DNA of 64,000 bases from Candidatus Marinacidobacterales bacterium. Its GTDB lineage: Bacteria > Acidobacteriota > Vicinamibacteria > Marinacidobacterales > DATDRI01. The notes below the pieces were generated by a model. That model worked only from the letters and a program-made list of their open reading frames with translations. It did not search any database and was not told the origin of the DNA. Positions 10,917 to 30,845 of the stretch are shown piece after piece. The translations under genes and the position numbers were made by a program. Position 1 is the first letter of the stretch. Every line of letters starts with the position of its first letter. The DNA is taken from contig CBDCNP010000002.1 in assembly GCA_965219415.1 (NCBI GenBank), forward strand, positions 1,664,001 to 1,728,000, given 5' to 3'.

Positions 10917-11543
10917 TTAGCCTGCCTTGACGATCTCGAGGTAAGTGCCGTTGGCTCCGGGCACCGCTCCCCTGATCAGGAGCAAATTGTCTTCCTCACT
11001 GACTTCCACCACCTGAAGGTTTTTCATCGTGACTCGCTCGTGTCCCATGTGTCCGGGAGCTCTCATTCCCCGCATCACCTTGGACGGATAGGACGATTGG
11101 CCGATGGAGCCGGGGGCGCGGTGGAACATCGAGCCGTGCGTGGCACGACCTCCGCCAAAGTGGTGCCGCTTCATCACGCCGGCGAACCCTTTGCCCTTGC
11201 TCACCCCGCTGACGTTCACCCTTTCCGCAGAAGCGAAAATCGTGGCCTTAACCGATTCCCCCACCTTCAACTCTTCCTCCGGTCCGACCCGAAACTCGCG
11301 CAGCACCTTCATCGGCGCGGTCGACGCCTTCTTGAAGTGCCCCTCCATTGGCTTGTTCACACGAACCTTTCGATCCGGCTCCACTAGACCAAGCTGAATG
11401 GCGTCATAACCGTCTCGCTCCTTGGTCTTCCGTTGCACGACGACACAGGGGCCGGCTTGCACCACGGTGAGCGGGATCACCGAGCCGTCCTCAGCGAAAC
11501 GCTGAGTGATGCCGATCTTCTTGCCGAGGATTCCGTTTGGCAT
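10917..11543 (-). CDS. rplC: 50S ribosomal protein L3
   Basis: [27 protein letters not shown]. Confidence 0.98.
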   Translation of the reverse strand: MPNGILGKKIGITQRFAEDGSVIPLTVVQAGPCVVVQRKTKERDGYDAIQLGLVEPDRKVRVNKPMEGHFKKASTAPMKVLREFRVGPEEELKVGESVKATIFASAERVNVSGVSKGKGFAGVMKRHHFGGGRATHGSMFHRAPGSIGQSSYPSKVMRGMRAPGHMGHERVTMKNLQVVEVSEEDNLLLIRGAVPGANGTYLEIVKAG

Positions 11544-11594
11544 AGCTGCTCTTTCCTGTCTTTCCTGTCAGGCCTGTCAGGGAGTCGGGCGAAA

Positions 11595-11930
11595 CTACTT
11601 GGAATGCTCCTTCCCGAAAGCCTTGATTTCCACATCCACGCCGGCCGGGAGGTCGAGGCGCATGAGTGCGTCTACGGTCTGTGGCGTGGGCTCGAAGATG
11701 TCTAGCAACCGCTTGTGGGTGCGAACCTCGAACTGCTCACGCGATTTCTTGTCGACGTGCGGCGAGCGAAGAACGGTCCACTTGTTCTTTACCGTAGGCA
11801 ACGGAATCGGCCCTGCGATCCGTGCTCCGGTGCGCTTCGCCGTCTCTACGATCTCATGCGTGGACTGGTCGAGGATACGATAGTCGTAGGCCTTGAGCCG
11901 AATTCGGATTTTCTCGCTTATTACTGCCAT
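11595..11930 (-). CDS. rpsJ: 30S ribosomal protein S10
   Basis: [23 protein letters not shown]. Confidence 0.98.
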   Translation of the reverse strand: MAVISEKIRIRLKAYDYRILDQSTHEIVETAKRTGARIAGPIPLPTVKNKWTVLRSPHVDKKSREQFEVRTHKRLLDIFEPTPQTVDALMRLDLPAGVDVEIKAFGKEHSK

Positions 11931-11977
11931 AGTTTTGCTACCCCGATTTCTGAGCGCTAGCCTCTAGTCTCTAGTCT

Positions 11978-13177
11978 TTACTCGATGATATCGGTGATGG
12001 TGCCGGCACCCACCGTACGACCGCCTTCGCGAATCGCGAGTCGCAGCCCCTTCTCCATCGCGATGGGCGTGATCATCTCGATCGTCAAATTCGTGTTGTC
12101 ACCCGGCATGACCATCTCCACTCCACTCGACATCGTCGCCACTCCCGTCACGTCCGTCGTACGAAAATAAAACTGCGGACGATATCCAGTGAAAAACGGC
12201 GTGTGACGTCCTCCCTCTTCTTTCGTCAGGACGTAGACTTCACCCTTGAACTTCGTGTGCGGCGTGATCGAACCCGGCTTCGCAAGCACCATGCCTCGCT
12301 CCACTTCGTCTTTCTCCGTCCCGCGAAGCAATACTCCGATGTTGTCTCCCGCCATTCCTTCGTCCAGGAGCTTCTTGAACATCTCCACTCCAGTCACTAT
12401 CCGCTTTCGCGTCTCCTGGATTCCAACGATCTCAAGCTCTTCACTCACCTTCACCTTGCCGCGGTCCACACGACCCGTCACTACCGTCCCACGACCAGAA
12501 ATAGAGAACACATCCTCGATCGGCATCAGGAACGGCTTGTCGATGTCTCGCTCCGGTAGCGGAACATACTCATCGAGAGCCGCCATCAAGTCCATAATCG
12601 CCTTGCTCTCTTCCGCCTTCGGATCGCCGCTTCCCTCCAACGCCTTCAGTGCACTTCCACGCACGATTGGGATGTCGTCGCCAGGAAACTCGTACTGCGA
12701 CAATAACTCCCGCACCTCAAGCTCCACCAAGTCCAATAGCTCTGGATCGTCCACCGCATCCGTCTTGTTCAAAAACACCACGATGTACGGCACTCCAACC
12801 TGACGCGCCAACAAAATGTGCTCGCGAGTCTGCGGCATCGGTCCGTCCGCCGCCGAAACCACCAGGATCGCTCCATCCATCTGCGCCGCTCCCGTTATCA
12901 TGTTCTTCACATAATCCGCGTGACCCGGGCAGTCTACGTGCGCGTAGTGACGGTTATCCGTCGTGTACTCAACGTGCGCCGTCGCGATCGTGATCCCTCG
13001 CTCTCGCTCCTCTGGTGCGTTGTCGATCGAGTCGAAGCTCCGGAACGACACCTTGTCGTCCATGCTGTGCAGGATCTTCGTTATCGCCGCCGTCAACGTC
13101 GTCTTCCCGTGGTCCACGTGTCCTATCGTGCCAACGTTTACATGCGGCTTACTTCGATCAAATTTCTCCTTCGCCAT
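11978..13177 (-). CDS. tuf: Elongation factor Tu (str-operon copy)
   Basis: [28 protein letters not shown]. Confidence 0.99.
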   Translation of the reverse strand: MAKEKFDRSKPHVNVGTIGHVDHGKTTLTAAITKILHSMDDKVSFRSFDSIDNAPEERERGITIATAHVEYTTDNRHYAHVDCPGHADYVKNMITGAAQMDGAILVVSAADGPMPQTREHILLARQVGVPYIVVFLNKTDAVDDPELLDLVELEVRELLSQYEFPGDDIPIVRGSALKALEGSGDPKAEESKAIMDLMAALDEYVPLPERDIDKPFLMPIEDVFSISGRGTVVTGRVDRGKVKVSEELEIVGIQETRKRIVTGVEMFKKLLDEGMAGDNIGVLLRGTEKDEVERGMVLAKPGSITPHTKFKGEVYVLTKEEGGRHTPFFTGYRPQFYFRTTDVTGVATMSSGVEMVMPGDNTNLTIEMITPIAMEKGLRLAIREGGRTVGAGTITDIIE

Positions 13178-13243
13178 GACGACGCAAATCGCTCCTTACT
13201 TGGCCTTCTTAGTCATCCTTTAACGCGGATTGGGCTGGGGCAC

Positions 13244-15322
13244 CTAACGCCCTTGCACCTTGGCCACAACTTCCTCGCCCACTTGCTTGGGCGCTTCCTG
13301 ATACTCTGCGAAGTGCATCGTGTAGGTGGCCCGTCCTTGGGTAGCGGAGCGAAGATCGGTGGCGTAGCCAAACATTTCCGCTAGGGGTACGTTGGCACCG
13401 ATGATCTGCGTATTGCCCCGAGCGGTCATGCCGGTCACGCGACCGCGGCGGGAATTGAGATCGTTGATGACCTCGCCCATATAATCCTCCGGGACCACGA
13501 CTTCGACCTGCATGATTGGCTCGAGAAGGACCGGAGCGGCAGCACGCGCCGCCTCCTTGAAAGCCATGGAGCCAGCTATCTTGAACGCCATCTCCGAGCT
13601 ATCCACCTCGTGGTAGGAACCGTCGTAGAGGCTCACTTTGACATCCACCATCGGATAGCCGGCGAGGATGCCATGCTCCATCGCTTCCACGATCCCTGTC
13701 TGGATCGACGAGATGTACTCGCGCGAAATGGAGCCCCCGCGAATATCGTTGGAGAACTCGAACTTCTCACCCGGAAACGGTTCGATCTCGATCTTGACGT
13801 GGCCGAACTGGCCACGGCCTCCCGTCTGCCGGATATAGCGGCCTTCCGCTTTGGCGTTCTTACGAATCGTCTCTTTATAAGCGACCTGCGGCTTGCCGAC
13901 GTTGGCCGCCACGTTGAATTCGCGGAGCAGACGGTCGACGACGATCTCGAGATGAAGCTCGCCCATACCACTAATGATGGTTTGGCTTGTCTCCGGATCA
14001 TTGAAAACCTTGAAGGTCGGATCCTCCTGTGTGAGCTTGCCCAAAGCCAGTCCTAGCTTTTCCTGATCGACCTTGGTCTTGGGCTCGATGACCACCGAGA
14101 TAACCGGCTCGGGAAACTCCATCGACTCCAGTACGACGGGATTGTTCTGGTCGCAGATCGTGTCGCCGGTTTGGACATTTTTCAGGCCGACCGCAGCGGC
14201 AATGTCACCCGCATAGACTTCCTTTATGTCCTCACGCTTGTTCGCGTGCATCTTGAGGAGTCGCCCTATGCGCTCACGGTTATCGCGCGTCGCATTGAGG
14301 ACATAGGAGCCACTTTTCAGAACTCCTGAGTACACGCGGAAAAAAGCCAACTGCCCGACGAAGGGGTCGGTGAGAATCTTGAACACCAAACCAGAGAAAG
14401 GGGCCTCGTCACTAGACGCCCTCTCCACTTCCTCGTCCTTTCCCGGATCCATGCCTATGATCGGCGGTACATCGACGGGGGAGGGGAGGAGGTCAATGAC
14501 CGCGTCCAGCAGCGGCTGAATGCCCTTGTTCTTGAAGGCGGAGCCGCACAAAACCGGCACGATCTCGAGACCGATGGTACCCTTGCGCAGGGCGGCCCGG
14601 ATCTCATCCTCGGAGGCGGTCTTTCCCTCGATGTAGCGTTCCATTAGTTGGTCGTCGATTTCGCTCACTGCCTCGATAAGCTTGTCCCGCGCGGCCTTGG
14701 CGGCCTCAATCTGATCCTCCGGTATCTCTTCCACGGTGTACTCTGCACCGAGTGTCTCGTCGCGATACCGCACAGCCTTCATGCTGATGAGGTCGATGAC
14801 CCCCACGAAGTTCTCTTCGGTCCCGATGGGTAGCTGGATTGGAACCGCGTTGGCCGCCAGCCGCGTCCTCATCATCTCGACCGCCCGCTCGAAGTCAGCC
14901 CCCGTACGGTCCATCTTGTTAACGAGTGCAATGCGCGGTACCTGGTACCGATCCGCCTGCCGCCAGACCGTCTCCGACTGGGGCTCGACCCCACCTACGG
15001 CACAGAAAACAGCGATCGCCCCGTCCAGCACCCTCAAGGACCGCTCCACCTCTGCGGTGAAGTCGACGTGGCCGGGGGTATCGATAATGTTGATCCGGTA
15101 GTCTCGCCAGAAGCTGGTGGTAGCAGCCGAGGTAATAGTGATACCCCTTTCCTGCTCCTGCTCCATCCAGTCCATGGTGGCCGTACCCTCGTGCACTTCA
15201 CCGAGCTTGTGCGTAATGCCGGTGTAGTACAGGACGCGCTCAGTGGTAGTCGTCTTCCCGGCATCGATGTGCGCCATGATGCCGATGTTGCGCGTCTTGG
15301 TTAAGGGAACTTCTCCAGGCAT
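13244..15322 (-). CDS. fusA: Elongation factor G
   Basis: [36 protein letters not shown]. Confidence 0.99.
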   Translation of the reverse strand: MPGEVPLTKTRNIGIMAHIDAGKTTTTERVLYYTGITHKLGEVHEGTATMDWMEQEQERGITITSAATTSFWRDYRINIIDTPGHVDFTAEVERSLRVLDGAIAVFCAVGGVEPQSETVWRQADRYQVPRIALVNKMDRTGADFERAVEMMRTRLAANAVPIQLPIGTEENFVGVIDLISMKAVRYRDETLGAEYTVEEIPEDQIEAAKAARDKLIEAVSEIDDQLMERYIEGKTASEDEIRAALRKGTIGLEIVPVLCGSAFKNKGIQPLLDAVIDLLPSPVDVPPIIGMDPGKDEEVERASSDEAPFSGLVFKILTDPFVGQLAFFRVYSGVLKSGSYVLNATRDNRERIGRLLKMHANKREDIKEVYAGDIAAAVGLKNVQTGDTICDQNNPVVLESMEFPEPVISVVIEPKTKVDQEKLGLALGKLTQEDPTFKVFNDPETSQTIISGMGELHLEIVVDRLLREFNVAANVGKPQVAYKETIRKNAKAEGRYIRQTGGRGQFGHVKIEIEPFPGEKFEFSNDIRGGSISREYISSIQTGIVEAMEHGILAGYPMVDVKVSLYDGSYHEVDSSEMAFKIAGSMAFKEAARAAAPVLLEPIMQVEVVVPEDYMGEVINDLNSRRGRVTGMTARGNTQIIGANVPLAEMFGYATDLRSATQGRATYTMHFAEYQEAPKQVGEEVVAKVQGR

Positions 15323-15436
15323 AGGACACTACTTCTCTAGAATCGGATATCCCGTTTCTGGCCTCAAAAGCCCGTTCGCCGCCCGGATTCGGGAGGTCCC
15401 GACGACACCGAGCTCTAAATGTTTCCGGTCCGCTGG

Positions 15437-15907
15437 CTACCAGCGGTAGTGAGCAAAGGCCTTGTTAGCCTCTGCCATCCGGTGGGTGTCTTCTCTTTTC
15501 TTAACTGCGCCGCCTCGATTATTGGCGGCGTCAAGCAACTCGCCAGCCAACTTCTCGATCATCGTCTTGTCCGGCCGGTTGCGCGCGTGATTCACGAGCC
15601 AGCGCAGGGAAAGCGACGTCCGCCGCTCGATTCTCACCTCCACGGGGACCTGGTAGTTGCTCCCTCCCACGCGGCGGCTCTTTACTTCGAGCGCAGGCCT
15701 CACGTTATCGACCGCCTTCTTGAAGAGCTTGAGCGGATCGTCTTGCCCGCGCTCACGCATCTTGTCGAATGCGCGATAAACAATCGTCTCGGCGGTGCTC
15801 TTCTTGCCCTCCTTCATCACGACATTGATGAACTTCGAGACAAGCACACTGTTGTAGAGTGCATCCGCGTTGACTTCAGGCTTCGGTACTTCTCTTCGCC
15901 TAGGCAT
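15437..15907 (-). CDS. rpsG: 30S ribosomal protein S7
   Basis: [26 protein letters not shown]. Confidence 0.99.
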   Translation of the reverse strand: MPRRREVPKPEVNADALYNSVLVSKFINVVMKEGKKSTAETIVYRAFDKMRERGQDDPLKLFKKAVDNVRPALEVKSRRVGGSNYQVPVEVRIERRTSLSLRWLVNHARNRPDKTMIEKLAGELLDAANNRGGAVKKREDTHRMAEANKAFAHYRW

Positions 15908-15948
15908 TGGCCGAAACTCTCAATACTTTCTTAGCCGACTTAGCCGGC

Positions 15949-16323
15949 TTACGCTTTGGGCCGTTTGGCACCGTATTTTGAACGACCGTTCTTCCTACCC
16001 TGAACGCCAACTGCGTCCAGTGCGCCACGCACAACGTGGTAGCGAACTCCGGGGAGATCCTTCACGCGGCCGCCGCGAATCAAGACGATCGAGTGCTCCT
16101 GAAGGTTATGCCCGATCCCGGGAATGTACGTCGTCACTTCGATTCCGTTCGTTAGTCGCACCCTCGCTACCTTCCGAAGGGCCGAGTTCGGCTTCTTGGG
16201 AGTCGAGATAAAAACGCGGACACACACTCCGCGCTTTTGCGGACTACCCTGAAGTGCCGGGCTGTCGGTCTTCGAGCTCAGCTTCTTACGGCCCTTACGG
16301 ACCAGCTGACTGATTGTTGGCAA
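15949..16323 (-). CDS. rpsL: 30S ribosomal protein S12
   Basis: [23 protein letters not shown]; TTG start. Confidence 0.99.
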   Translation of the reverse strand: MPTISQLVRKGRKKLSSKTDSPALQGSPQKRGVCVRVFISTPKKPNSALRKVARVRLTNGIEVTTYIPGIGHNLQEHSIVLIRGGRVKDLPGVRYHVVRGALDAVGVQGRKNGRSKYGAKRPKA

Positions 16324-16424
16324 AGGTTTCTACTCCTCAAATACTCGGCAAATCCCCTTAACTTATTGAGCCCCCGTGAGATAGCAATGCAGGGCCGGTG
16401 GCCCTGCAAGAGCACAACCTGACG

Positions 16425-16453
16425 AGTCTAGCAGGGCCGTCAATCGCTGTCAA
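16425..16453 (-). promoter_or_regulatory. Sigma70-type promoter for rpsL (str operon)
   Basis: TTGACA-17 nt-TAGACT with TG extension; 5' UTR hairpin tgcagggcc/ggccctgca at 16388-16408. Confidence 0.7.
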
Positions 16454-16562
16454 GGGTTCTTCCACAACAAGTTACGTCCGATCCAGGTCGATTCCCCGCG
16501 TCTGGAGCGGCTTTCTATGGTTCTCGTCATCGGATGTACTAGTGCACGCTCACTCTTCGTTC

Positions 16563-16629
16563 CCGCCTTCGCGCAAGGCTTCGGCGGGTCCACCGAAGTT
16601 TCTCGACGGTTCCCTTCCAACGAAGGCGG
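16563..16629. repeat. REP-like palindromic element, family A
   Basis: ccgccttcg...cgaaggcgg inverted repeat with an inner cttcgg/ccgaag hairpin; related copy at 27862-27916. Confidence 0.7.
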
Positions 16630-16639
16630 ACGCGCGCTC

Positions 16640-16688
16640 GCCTCGCTCCTGCATCAGCGGCCGCGGGGCCCCACCGCCGCCCGGCTAG
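16640..16688. repeat. Dispersed GC-rich repeat, family B
   Basis: Exact 20-mer gccgcggggccccaccgccg and similar flanks recur at 63063-63109. Confidence 0.75.
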
Positions 16689-16882
16689 CTCCAGATCGGC
16701 TACCACCTACTTTGGCGGCAAACGCGAACTGAGTGCCCGCCTGGCGGTGTCGATTAGTAGCACCGACCTCTTTTGGCGGCCGACACGATCTGCCAACCAC
16801 CGCCGTCCCTTCGCCGGCAGCAAGCGGCCTCGGGACAGCTGATGGCTCCTCGCGCTGGTGCCGTGCGTTCCTGAGCACCCTG

Positions 16883-21097
<4,215 letters not shown>

Positions 21098-21176
21098 GAG
21101 TTTATCCTCCCGTCCTGTCTTTCATACATCGTATACAGGGCATTCATGGCATTGCGTGGCATTACCTGGTGGACCA

Positions 21177-25472
<4,296 letters not shown>

Positions 25473-25574
25473 CGTGCCGGTAGACTCCTATTGGTCGCCC
25501 GAGCCAGAGGCTCGAGCTCGATTCAAAATGAAGGGTCGCCTTATCGCCAACAGGCCGACCCCAGAAAGACGAAG

Positions 25575-25952
25575 TTATTTGAGCTCGACGGTCGCTCCCA
25601 CGTCCGCGAACTTCTTCTGGATCGCCTCAGCCTCTTCCTTGGGAACACCTTCCTTGACCGTTTTGGGGACACCTTCCACGACGTCCTTGGCTTCCTTGAG
25701 ACCGAGACTGGTCACCTCGCGGACGGCCTTGATGACATTGATTTTCTTGTCACCGACGGCGGTCAGCACGACGTCGAAATCAGTCTTTTCCTCGGCAGCC
25801 GCCGGGGCTGCGCCGGGAGCCGCCATTGTGGGCATGGCCGCAGCGGCCTTCACGCCGAGCTCGTCCTCGAGTGTCTTAACCAGGTCGGCCAATTCCAGGA
25901 CCGAAATCCCCTTGATGTAGCCAACTACGTCCTGTTGTGTAATATCTGCCAT
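25575..25952 (-). CDS. rplL: 50S ribosomal protein L7/L12
   Basis: [18 protein letters not shown]. Confidence 0.98.
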   Translation of the reverse strand: MADITQQDVVGYIKGISVLELADLVKTLEDELGVKAAAAMPTMAAPGAAPAAAEEKTDFDVVLTAVGDKKINVIKAVREVTSLGLKEAKDVVEGVPKTVKEGVPKEEAEAIQKKFADVGATVELK

Positions 25953-25997
25953 GAATCGCTCCTTCGCTTGGAGTCCTTATCGGACCCTTTTGATTAC

Positions 25998-26516
25998 CTA
26001 CTCCTTCGGCTTGTCCCCTGCGGCCTTCAAAACCAAGATGAGGTCGCGGGCTGGAGCCTCCAACACTCCCAAGAGTTTCTGCATGGGCGCCTGCAGCACG
26101 GAAAGGAACTGCGCCAAAAGCTCTTCCCGACCGGGCAGCGAGGCGAGTTGCTTGCATTCCTCTGGGGTGACTTCCTTGCCAGAGATCATCCCGCCCTTGA
26201 ACGTCAGTACCGGCACATCCTTCGCGAAGTCGTTTAGGATCTTCGCCAGCGCTGCCGGATCGGCTTCGGTGTAAGCCAATCCTGTCATCCCCTTTAGGTG
26301 AACATGGATCGGCTCCAACGAAGTTCCCTTGAGAGAACGGAGGGCCAGGGTATTCTTGACCACGCGGTATTTCGAGCCGGATTCCCTGATCTTCCTACGA
26401 AGCTTGGTGGCCTCCTCCACTTTCAAGCCACGAAAATCCAACGCGAATACGCCTGCGAGGACTTCGAAATCCTTATTTAGTTGCTCGACCGTTTCTTGTT
26501 TTTCGGTTCGATTCAA
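25998..26516 (-). CDS. rplJ: 50S ribosomal protein L10
   Basis: DFRGLKV, VVKNTL, LASLPGREELLAQ; TTG start. Confidence 0.97.
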   Translation of the reverse strand: MNRTEKQETVEQLNKDFEVLAGVFALDFRGLKVEEATKLRRKIRESGSKYRVVKNTLALRSLKGTSLEPIHVHLKGMTGLAYTEADPAALAKILNDFAKDVPVLTFKGGMISGKEVTPEECKQLASLPGREELLAQFLSVLQAPMQKLLGVLEAPARDLILVLKAAGDKPKE

Positions 26517-26541
26517 TCGTTCCTCCCAGGTCCTCCGAGAC

Positions 26542-27234
26542 CTACTTGATTCCGACAGCTTGCGGGTCGATTCGTAGCCCGGGGCCCATCGTCGAAGAAA
26601 TAGAAATGCTCTTTACGTATTTACCCTTCGCCGCGGACGGCTTCGCCCTCATTACGCTGTCGACGAGGGTCTGTAGGTTCTCCAACAAGCTGTCATCGGA
26701 GAAAGAGACTCTCCCCACCGGAGCATGAACGATGGCAGTTTTGTCTACGCGGAACTCGACCTTTCCGGCCTTGATCTCCTGTACCGCCTTGCCGATGTCG
26801 AACGTGACCGTGCCGGTCTTGGGGTTGGGCATTAGACCTCGTGGGCCCAAGATCCTGCCGAGTTTTCCGACACTGCGCATCATGTCCGGCGTCGCCACGA
26901 CGGCCCCGAAATCCATGAAGCCGCCAGAAATCTTCTCGACCATGTCGTCCCCGCCCACCAGGTCGGCTCCCGCGTCTTCCGCTTCCTTGACCTTTTCGCC
27001 GGAGGCGATGGCCAATACTCGGCGGGTCTTACCGATTCCGTGCGGCAACACCACGGTGCCGCGCACCATCTGATCTGCGTGTTTCGGATCGACGCCGAGT
27101 CGCATCGCTAACTCGACGGTCTCGTCGAACTTTGTGTACTTCACCTTCTTGATGAGCGCGATCGCTTCTTCCGGTGTGAAGTCGCGTCTGTCGCCAATCG
27201 CTTCCTTTGCTTTGGTGTAGCCTTTGCCTGCCAT
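26542..27234 (-). CDS. rplA: 50S ribosomal protein L1
   Basis: [24 protein letters not shown]. Confidence 0.98.
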   Translation of the reverse strand: MAGKGYTKAKEAIGDRRDFTPEEAIALIKKVKYTKFDETVELAMRLGVDPKHADQMVRGTVVLPHGIGKTRRVLAIASGEKVKEAEDAGADLVGGDDMVEKISGGFMDFGAVVATPDMMRSVGKLGRILGPRGLMPNPKTGTVTFDIGKAVQEIKAGKVEFRVDKTAIVHAPVGRVSFSDDSLLENLQTLVDSVMRAKPSAAKGKYVKSISISSTMGPGLRIDPQAVGIK

Positions 27235-27252
27235 GTGTTGTTTTTCTTTAGT

Positions 27253-27301
27253 CCGCGTGGGGGCCCACCCCCAAGCGCGGCGCTCGCTCTGCGCTCGCGC
27301 C
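27253..27301. repeat. REP-like GC-rich hairpins just upstream of rplA
   Basis: ccgcg-tggggg...ccccca-gcgcgg followed by ggcgc..gcgcc; ggggcccc-type core as in family B. Confidence 0.5.
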
Positions 27302-27310
27302 TAAACCCAC

Positions 27311-27360
27311 GACCGGGTTCCCTTGAGCACCGTATCTCACTAACTCAATTCCTCCCGGTC
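27311..27360 (-). promoter_or_regulatory. Putative L1-binding autoregulatory leader between rplK and rplA
   Basis: GACCGG-GAGG...AA-CCCGGUC stem with an asymmetric internal loop and an inner UUGAG/CUCAA stem. Confidence 0.4.
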
Positions 27361-27403
27361 GGGCGACCCTAACGGGTCGCTGACTTGCTCTCGTTGCTTG
27401 TGC

Positions 27404-27826
27404 TTACTGCTCTACCTCTATGCCCATGCTGCGGGCGGTTCCCATCACGATCTTCTTCGCCGCTTCGATGTCGCTCGCGTTGAGGTCTGGCATCTTGGTC
27501 TTCGCGATCTCTTCGACCTGTTGGAGCGTCACCTTGCCGACTTTGTCGCGATTCGGCTCGCCGGAGCCCTTCGCGATCCCGACCGCCCGCTTCAACAGCA
27601 CCGAGGCCGGGGGCGTTTTGGTGATGAAACTGTAAGAACGATCCTGATAGACGGTGATGACCACCGGAATGATCAACCCCTCCTGCTTATTCGTCTTGGC
27701 GTTGAAGGCCTTGCAGAAATCCATGATGTTGACGCCGTGCTGGCCGAGCGCCGGTCCAACCGGGGGCGCCGGCGTAGCCTTACCCGCCGGTATGTGAAGT
27801 TTGATGAGTCCCAGTACTTTTTTCAT
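27404..27826 (-). CDS. rplK: 50S ribosomal protein L11
   Basis: [20 protein letters not shown]. Confidence 0.98.
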   Translation of the reverse strand: MKKVLGLIKLHIPAGKATPAPPVGPALGQHGVNIMDFCKAFNAKTNKQEGLIIPVVITVYQDRSYSFITKTPPASVLLKRAVGIAKGSGEPNRDKVGKVTLQQVEEIAKTKMPDLNASDIEAAKKIVMGTARSMGIEVEQ

Positions 27827-27861
27827 GTAAGTCCGTTTACATTAGTTAACTATCGCGCTCC

Positions 27862-27916
27862 CCGCCTCCGCTCTTCGAGCTTCGGCGAGGTCCCGCCGTA
27901 GCCTTGGCGAAGGCGG
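27862..27916. repeat. REP-like palindromic element, family A
   Basis: gcttcggcgaggtcccgccgtagccttggcgaaggcgg; similar to 16563-16629. Confidence 0.7.
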
Positions 27917-27936
27917 ACGCTCGGGCTCAGGGCCGC

Positions 27937-28467
27937 TCATGTTTTCTCGACCTGCAAGAAATCTAGCTCGACCGGGGTCGAGCGCCCGAAAATCGTGACC
28001 ATGACCTTCAACGTATTTCGGTCCAGGTTCACCTCATCGACCACACCGGAAAAGTTACTAAAGGGACCGTCGATGATACGCACCGGCTCACCCGCCTCGA
28101 AGGTGTATTTGGGTTTCGGCTTTTCCGCCGCAACCGTGACCTGCTGGATGACTTGATCCACTTCCTCTTGGCTCAGCGGGGCCGGCCTTTGCCCCGCCCC
28201 TACGAAGCCGGTGACTTTTGGAGTGTTCTTCACGACGTGCCAAATGTTGTCGTTCATATCCATCTGCACTAGCACGTATCCGGGGAAGAATCTCTTGGCG
28301 CTCACGACCTTCTTGCCGCCCTTCATCTCGACGACATCCTCGGTCGGGATCAAAACCTCACCGATTTGCTCTTCCAACCCGAAGGCCTGAACTCTCTGTT
28401 TCAGGCTGTCCGCCACTTTCTTCTCGAACCCGGAGTAGGTGTGGACGATGTACCACTGTTTAGACAT
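27937..28467 (-). CDS. nusG: Transcription termination/antitermination factor NusG
   Basis: [38 protein letters not shown]. Confidence 0.98.
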   Translation of the reverse strand: MSKQWYIVHTYSGFEKKVADSLKQRVQAFGLEEQIGEVLIPTEDVVEMKGGKKVVSAKRFFPGYVLVQMDMNDNIWHVVKNTPKVTGFVGAGQRPAPLSQEEVDQVIQQVTVAAEKPKPKYTFEAGEPVRIIDGPFSNFSGVVDEVNLDRNTLKVMVTIFGRSTPVELDFLQVEKT

Positions 28468-28489
28468 TACGGTTTCGGTCCTCACAAGA

Positions 28490-28708
28490 TTACTGAGCCC
28501 CTACCAGTCGAGTTACGGCCGCCGCGGCGTATGACATGACCAGGTCCAGTCCGTACAGGTAAAAGCCGAAGAAAAATACCGTTAAAACGACCACCCGCGT
28601 GGTCCCTTGGACTTCCTTCCGGGGAGGCCACGTGACCTTCTTGAACTCGTTACGAACCTCAGCGACGAACGTCCGCGCCCGGGTTAAAGAGTCTCCGATC
28701 TTGCTCAA
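28490..28708 (-). CDS. secE: Preprotein translocase subunit SecE
   Basis: EFKKVTWP motif and one TM helix; between tRNA-Trp and nusG. Confidence 0.95.
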   Translation of the reverse strand: MSKIGDSLTRARTFVAEVRNEFKKVTWPPRKEVQGTTRVVVLTVFFFGFYLYGLDLVMSYAAAAVTRLVGAQ

Positions 28709-28727
28709 CGTGTGTTGCCCCTTCGAG

Positions 28728-28803
28728 TGGCAGGCCAGGAGGGACTCGAACCCCCAGCCCCCGGTTTTGGAGACCGGTGCTCTACCAATTGAGCTACTGG
28801 CCT
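28728..28803 (-). tRNA. tRNA-Trp (CCA)
   Basis: AGGCCAG...CT CCA AA...GTTCGAG...GCCA cloverleaf, encoded CCA. Confidence 0.97.
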
Positions 28804-28842
28804 ACGGCTTGCCCCCACAGGGATACCAGGCCGCCTCCTCAC

Positions 28843-28995
28843 TTATTTCGTTTCCCGATGCGATGTGTGTATCCGGCAGAAGCGGCAGTACTTCTTAAAC
28901 TCCAAACGCTCGGTAGTCTTCTTCTTGTTCCGTGTAGTCGAGTAGTTCCGCCTCTTGCAGTCGGCACATGCTAGAGTCACGATATCCCGCGCCAT
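28843..28995 (-). CDS. rpmG: 50S ribosomal protein L33 (Zn-binding form); not in ORF track
   Basis: Manual translation [50 protein letters not shown]. Confidence 0.97.
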   Translation of the reverse strand: MARDIVTLACADCKRRNYSTTRNKKKTTERLEFKKYCRFCRIHTSHRETK

Positions 28996-29003
28996 GGCTT
29001 CAC

Positions 29004-30203
29004 CTACTCGATGATATCGGTGATGGTGCCGGCACCCACCGTACGACCGCCTTCGCGAATCGCGAATCGCAGCCCCTTCTCCATTGCGATGGGCGTGATC
29101 ATCTCGATCGTCAAATTCGTGTTGTCACCCGGCATGACCATCTCCACTCCACTCGACATCGTCGCCACTCCCGTCACGTCCGTCGTACGAAAATAAAACT
29201 GCGGACGATATCCAGTGAAAAACGGCGTGTGACGTCCTCCCTCTTCTTTCGTCAGGACGTAGACTTCACCCTTGAACTTCGTGTGCGGCGTGATCGAACC
29301 CGGCTTCGCAAGCACCATGCCTCGCTCCACTTCGTCTTTCTCCGTCCCGCGAAGCAATACTCCGATGTTGTCTCCCGCCATTCCTTCGTCCAGGAGCTTC
29401 TTGAACATCTCCACTCCAGTCACTATCCGCTTTCGCGTCTCCTGGATTCCAACGATCTCAAGCTCTTCACTCACCTTCACCTTGCCGCGGTCCACACGAC
29501 CCGTCACTACCGTCCCACGACCAGAAATAGAGAACACATCCTCGATCGGCATCAGGAACGGCTTGTCGATGTCTCGCTCCGGTAGCGGAACATACTCATC
29601 GAGAGCCGCCATCAAGTCCATAATCGCCTTGCTCTCTTCCGCCTTCGGATCGCCGCTTCCCTCCAACGCCTTCAGTGCACTTCCACGCACGATTGGGATG
29701 TCGTCGCCAGGAAACTCGTACTGCGACAATAACTCCCGCACCTCAAGCTCCACCAAGTCCAATAGCTCTGGATCGTCCACCGCATCCGTCTTGTTCAAAA
29801 ACACCACGATGTACGGCACTCCAACCTGACGCGCCAACAAAATGTGCTCGCGAGTCTGCGGCATCGGTCCGTCCGCCGCCGAAACCACCAGGATCGCTCC
29901 ATCCATCTGCGCCGCTCCCGTTATCATGTTCTTCACATAATCCGCGTGACCCGGGCAGTCTACGTGCGCGTAGTGACGGTTATCCGTCGTGTACTCAACG
30001 TGCGCCGTCGCGATCGTGATCCCTCGCTCTCGCTCCTCTGGTGCGTTGTCGATCGAGTCGAAGCTCCGGAACGACACCTTGTCGTCCATGCTGTGCAGGA
30101 TCTTCGTTATCGCCGCCGTCAACGTCGTCTTCCCGTGGTCCACGTGTCCTATCGTGCCAACGTTTACATGCGGCTTACTTCGATCAAATTTCTCCTTCGC
30201 CAT
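29004..30203 (-). CDS. tuf: Elongation factor Tu (tRNA-operon copy)
   Basis: Protein identical to the 11978-13177 copy except residue 380. Confidence 0.99.
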   Translation of the reverse strand: MAKEKFDRSKPHVNVGTIGHVDHGKTTLTAAITKILHSMDDKVSFRSFDSIDNAPEERERGITIATAHVEYTTDNRHYAHVDCPGHADYVKNMITGAAQMDGAILVVSAADGPMPQTREHILLARQVGVPYIVVFLNKTDAVDDPELLDLVELEVRELLSQYEFPGDDIPIVRGSALKALEGSGDPKAEESKAIMDLMAALDEYVPLPERDIDKPFLMPIEDVFSISGRGTVVTGRVDRGKVKVSEELEIVGIQETRKRIVTGVEMFKKLLDEGMAGDNIGVLLRGTEKDEVERGMVLAKPGSITPHTKFKGEVYVLTKEEGGRHTPFFTGYRPQFYFRTTDVTGVATMSSGVEMVMPGDNTNLTIEMITPIAMEKGLRFAIREGGRTVGAGTITDIIE

Positions 30204-30521
30204 GGCTATTCTCCAATGAGTTCGGTTTGATGAGTGTTCTTCACTTTGCGGACCTGGTTTGCGCCAGGGCTTCTCTCCTCGAGACTCGCTAGCCCGTGCG
30301 TCTCGCTTTCCCCCGGGCTGGATGCCCCGGTGACCGCGACCGACGCCTGGCTACTTCCGACAATGGCAACCGGCGGCTGGCTAGCGTTATTACTAGCAAC
30401 TTTCACTTTTGACGCCAGAAACGTGACAGCACTCCGACGGTTCGGCGTCCCGCAGAGCCTGGGAGCCTTAGTCCGCCAGGTTCGCGGCAAGTTACTAAGC
30501 GTCAGTCCTATGAAAACGTTA

Positions 30522-30596
<75 letters not shown>

Positions 30597-30660
30597 CCGA
30601 TTTCCTTGCTTCTTATCCCTCGTCGGCCCCTGCCAACTCGAAGCCCAACGTCTTCGATAA

Positions 30661-30736
30661 TGGAGCGGGAGACGGGACTCGGACCCGCGACCCTCAGCTT
30701 GGAAGGCTGATGCTCTACCAACTGAGCTACTCCCGC
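30661..30736 (-). tRNA. tRNA-Gly (TCC), T-loop TCCGA
   Basis: GCGGGAG...CT TCC AA...GGTCCGAGTCC...TCCA. Confidence 0.95.
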
Positions 30737-30845
30737 CCTGGCAAGTCGAATCGGCCGGCCTTCTCGAGCTCTGGGGGCCTCGATCGGCTCTTGCATCGAT
30801 TTCGGCAATTTCACCGGGCTCAGCAATTTCACCAAGCGGAGGTTC

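Noticed and set aside
15323-15436. Hairpins in the rpsG-fusA spacer
   Set aside because: Short GC-rich stems are expected by chance; no recognisable leader motif
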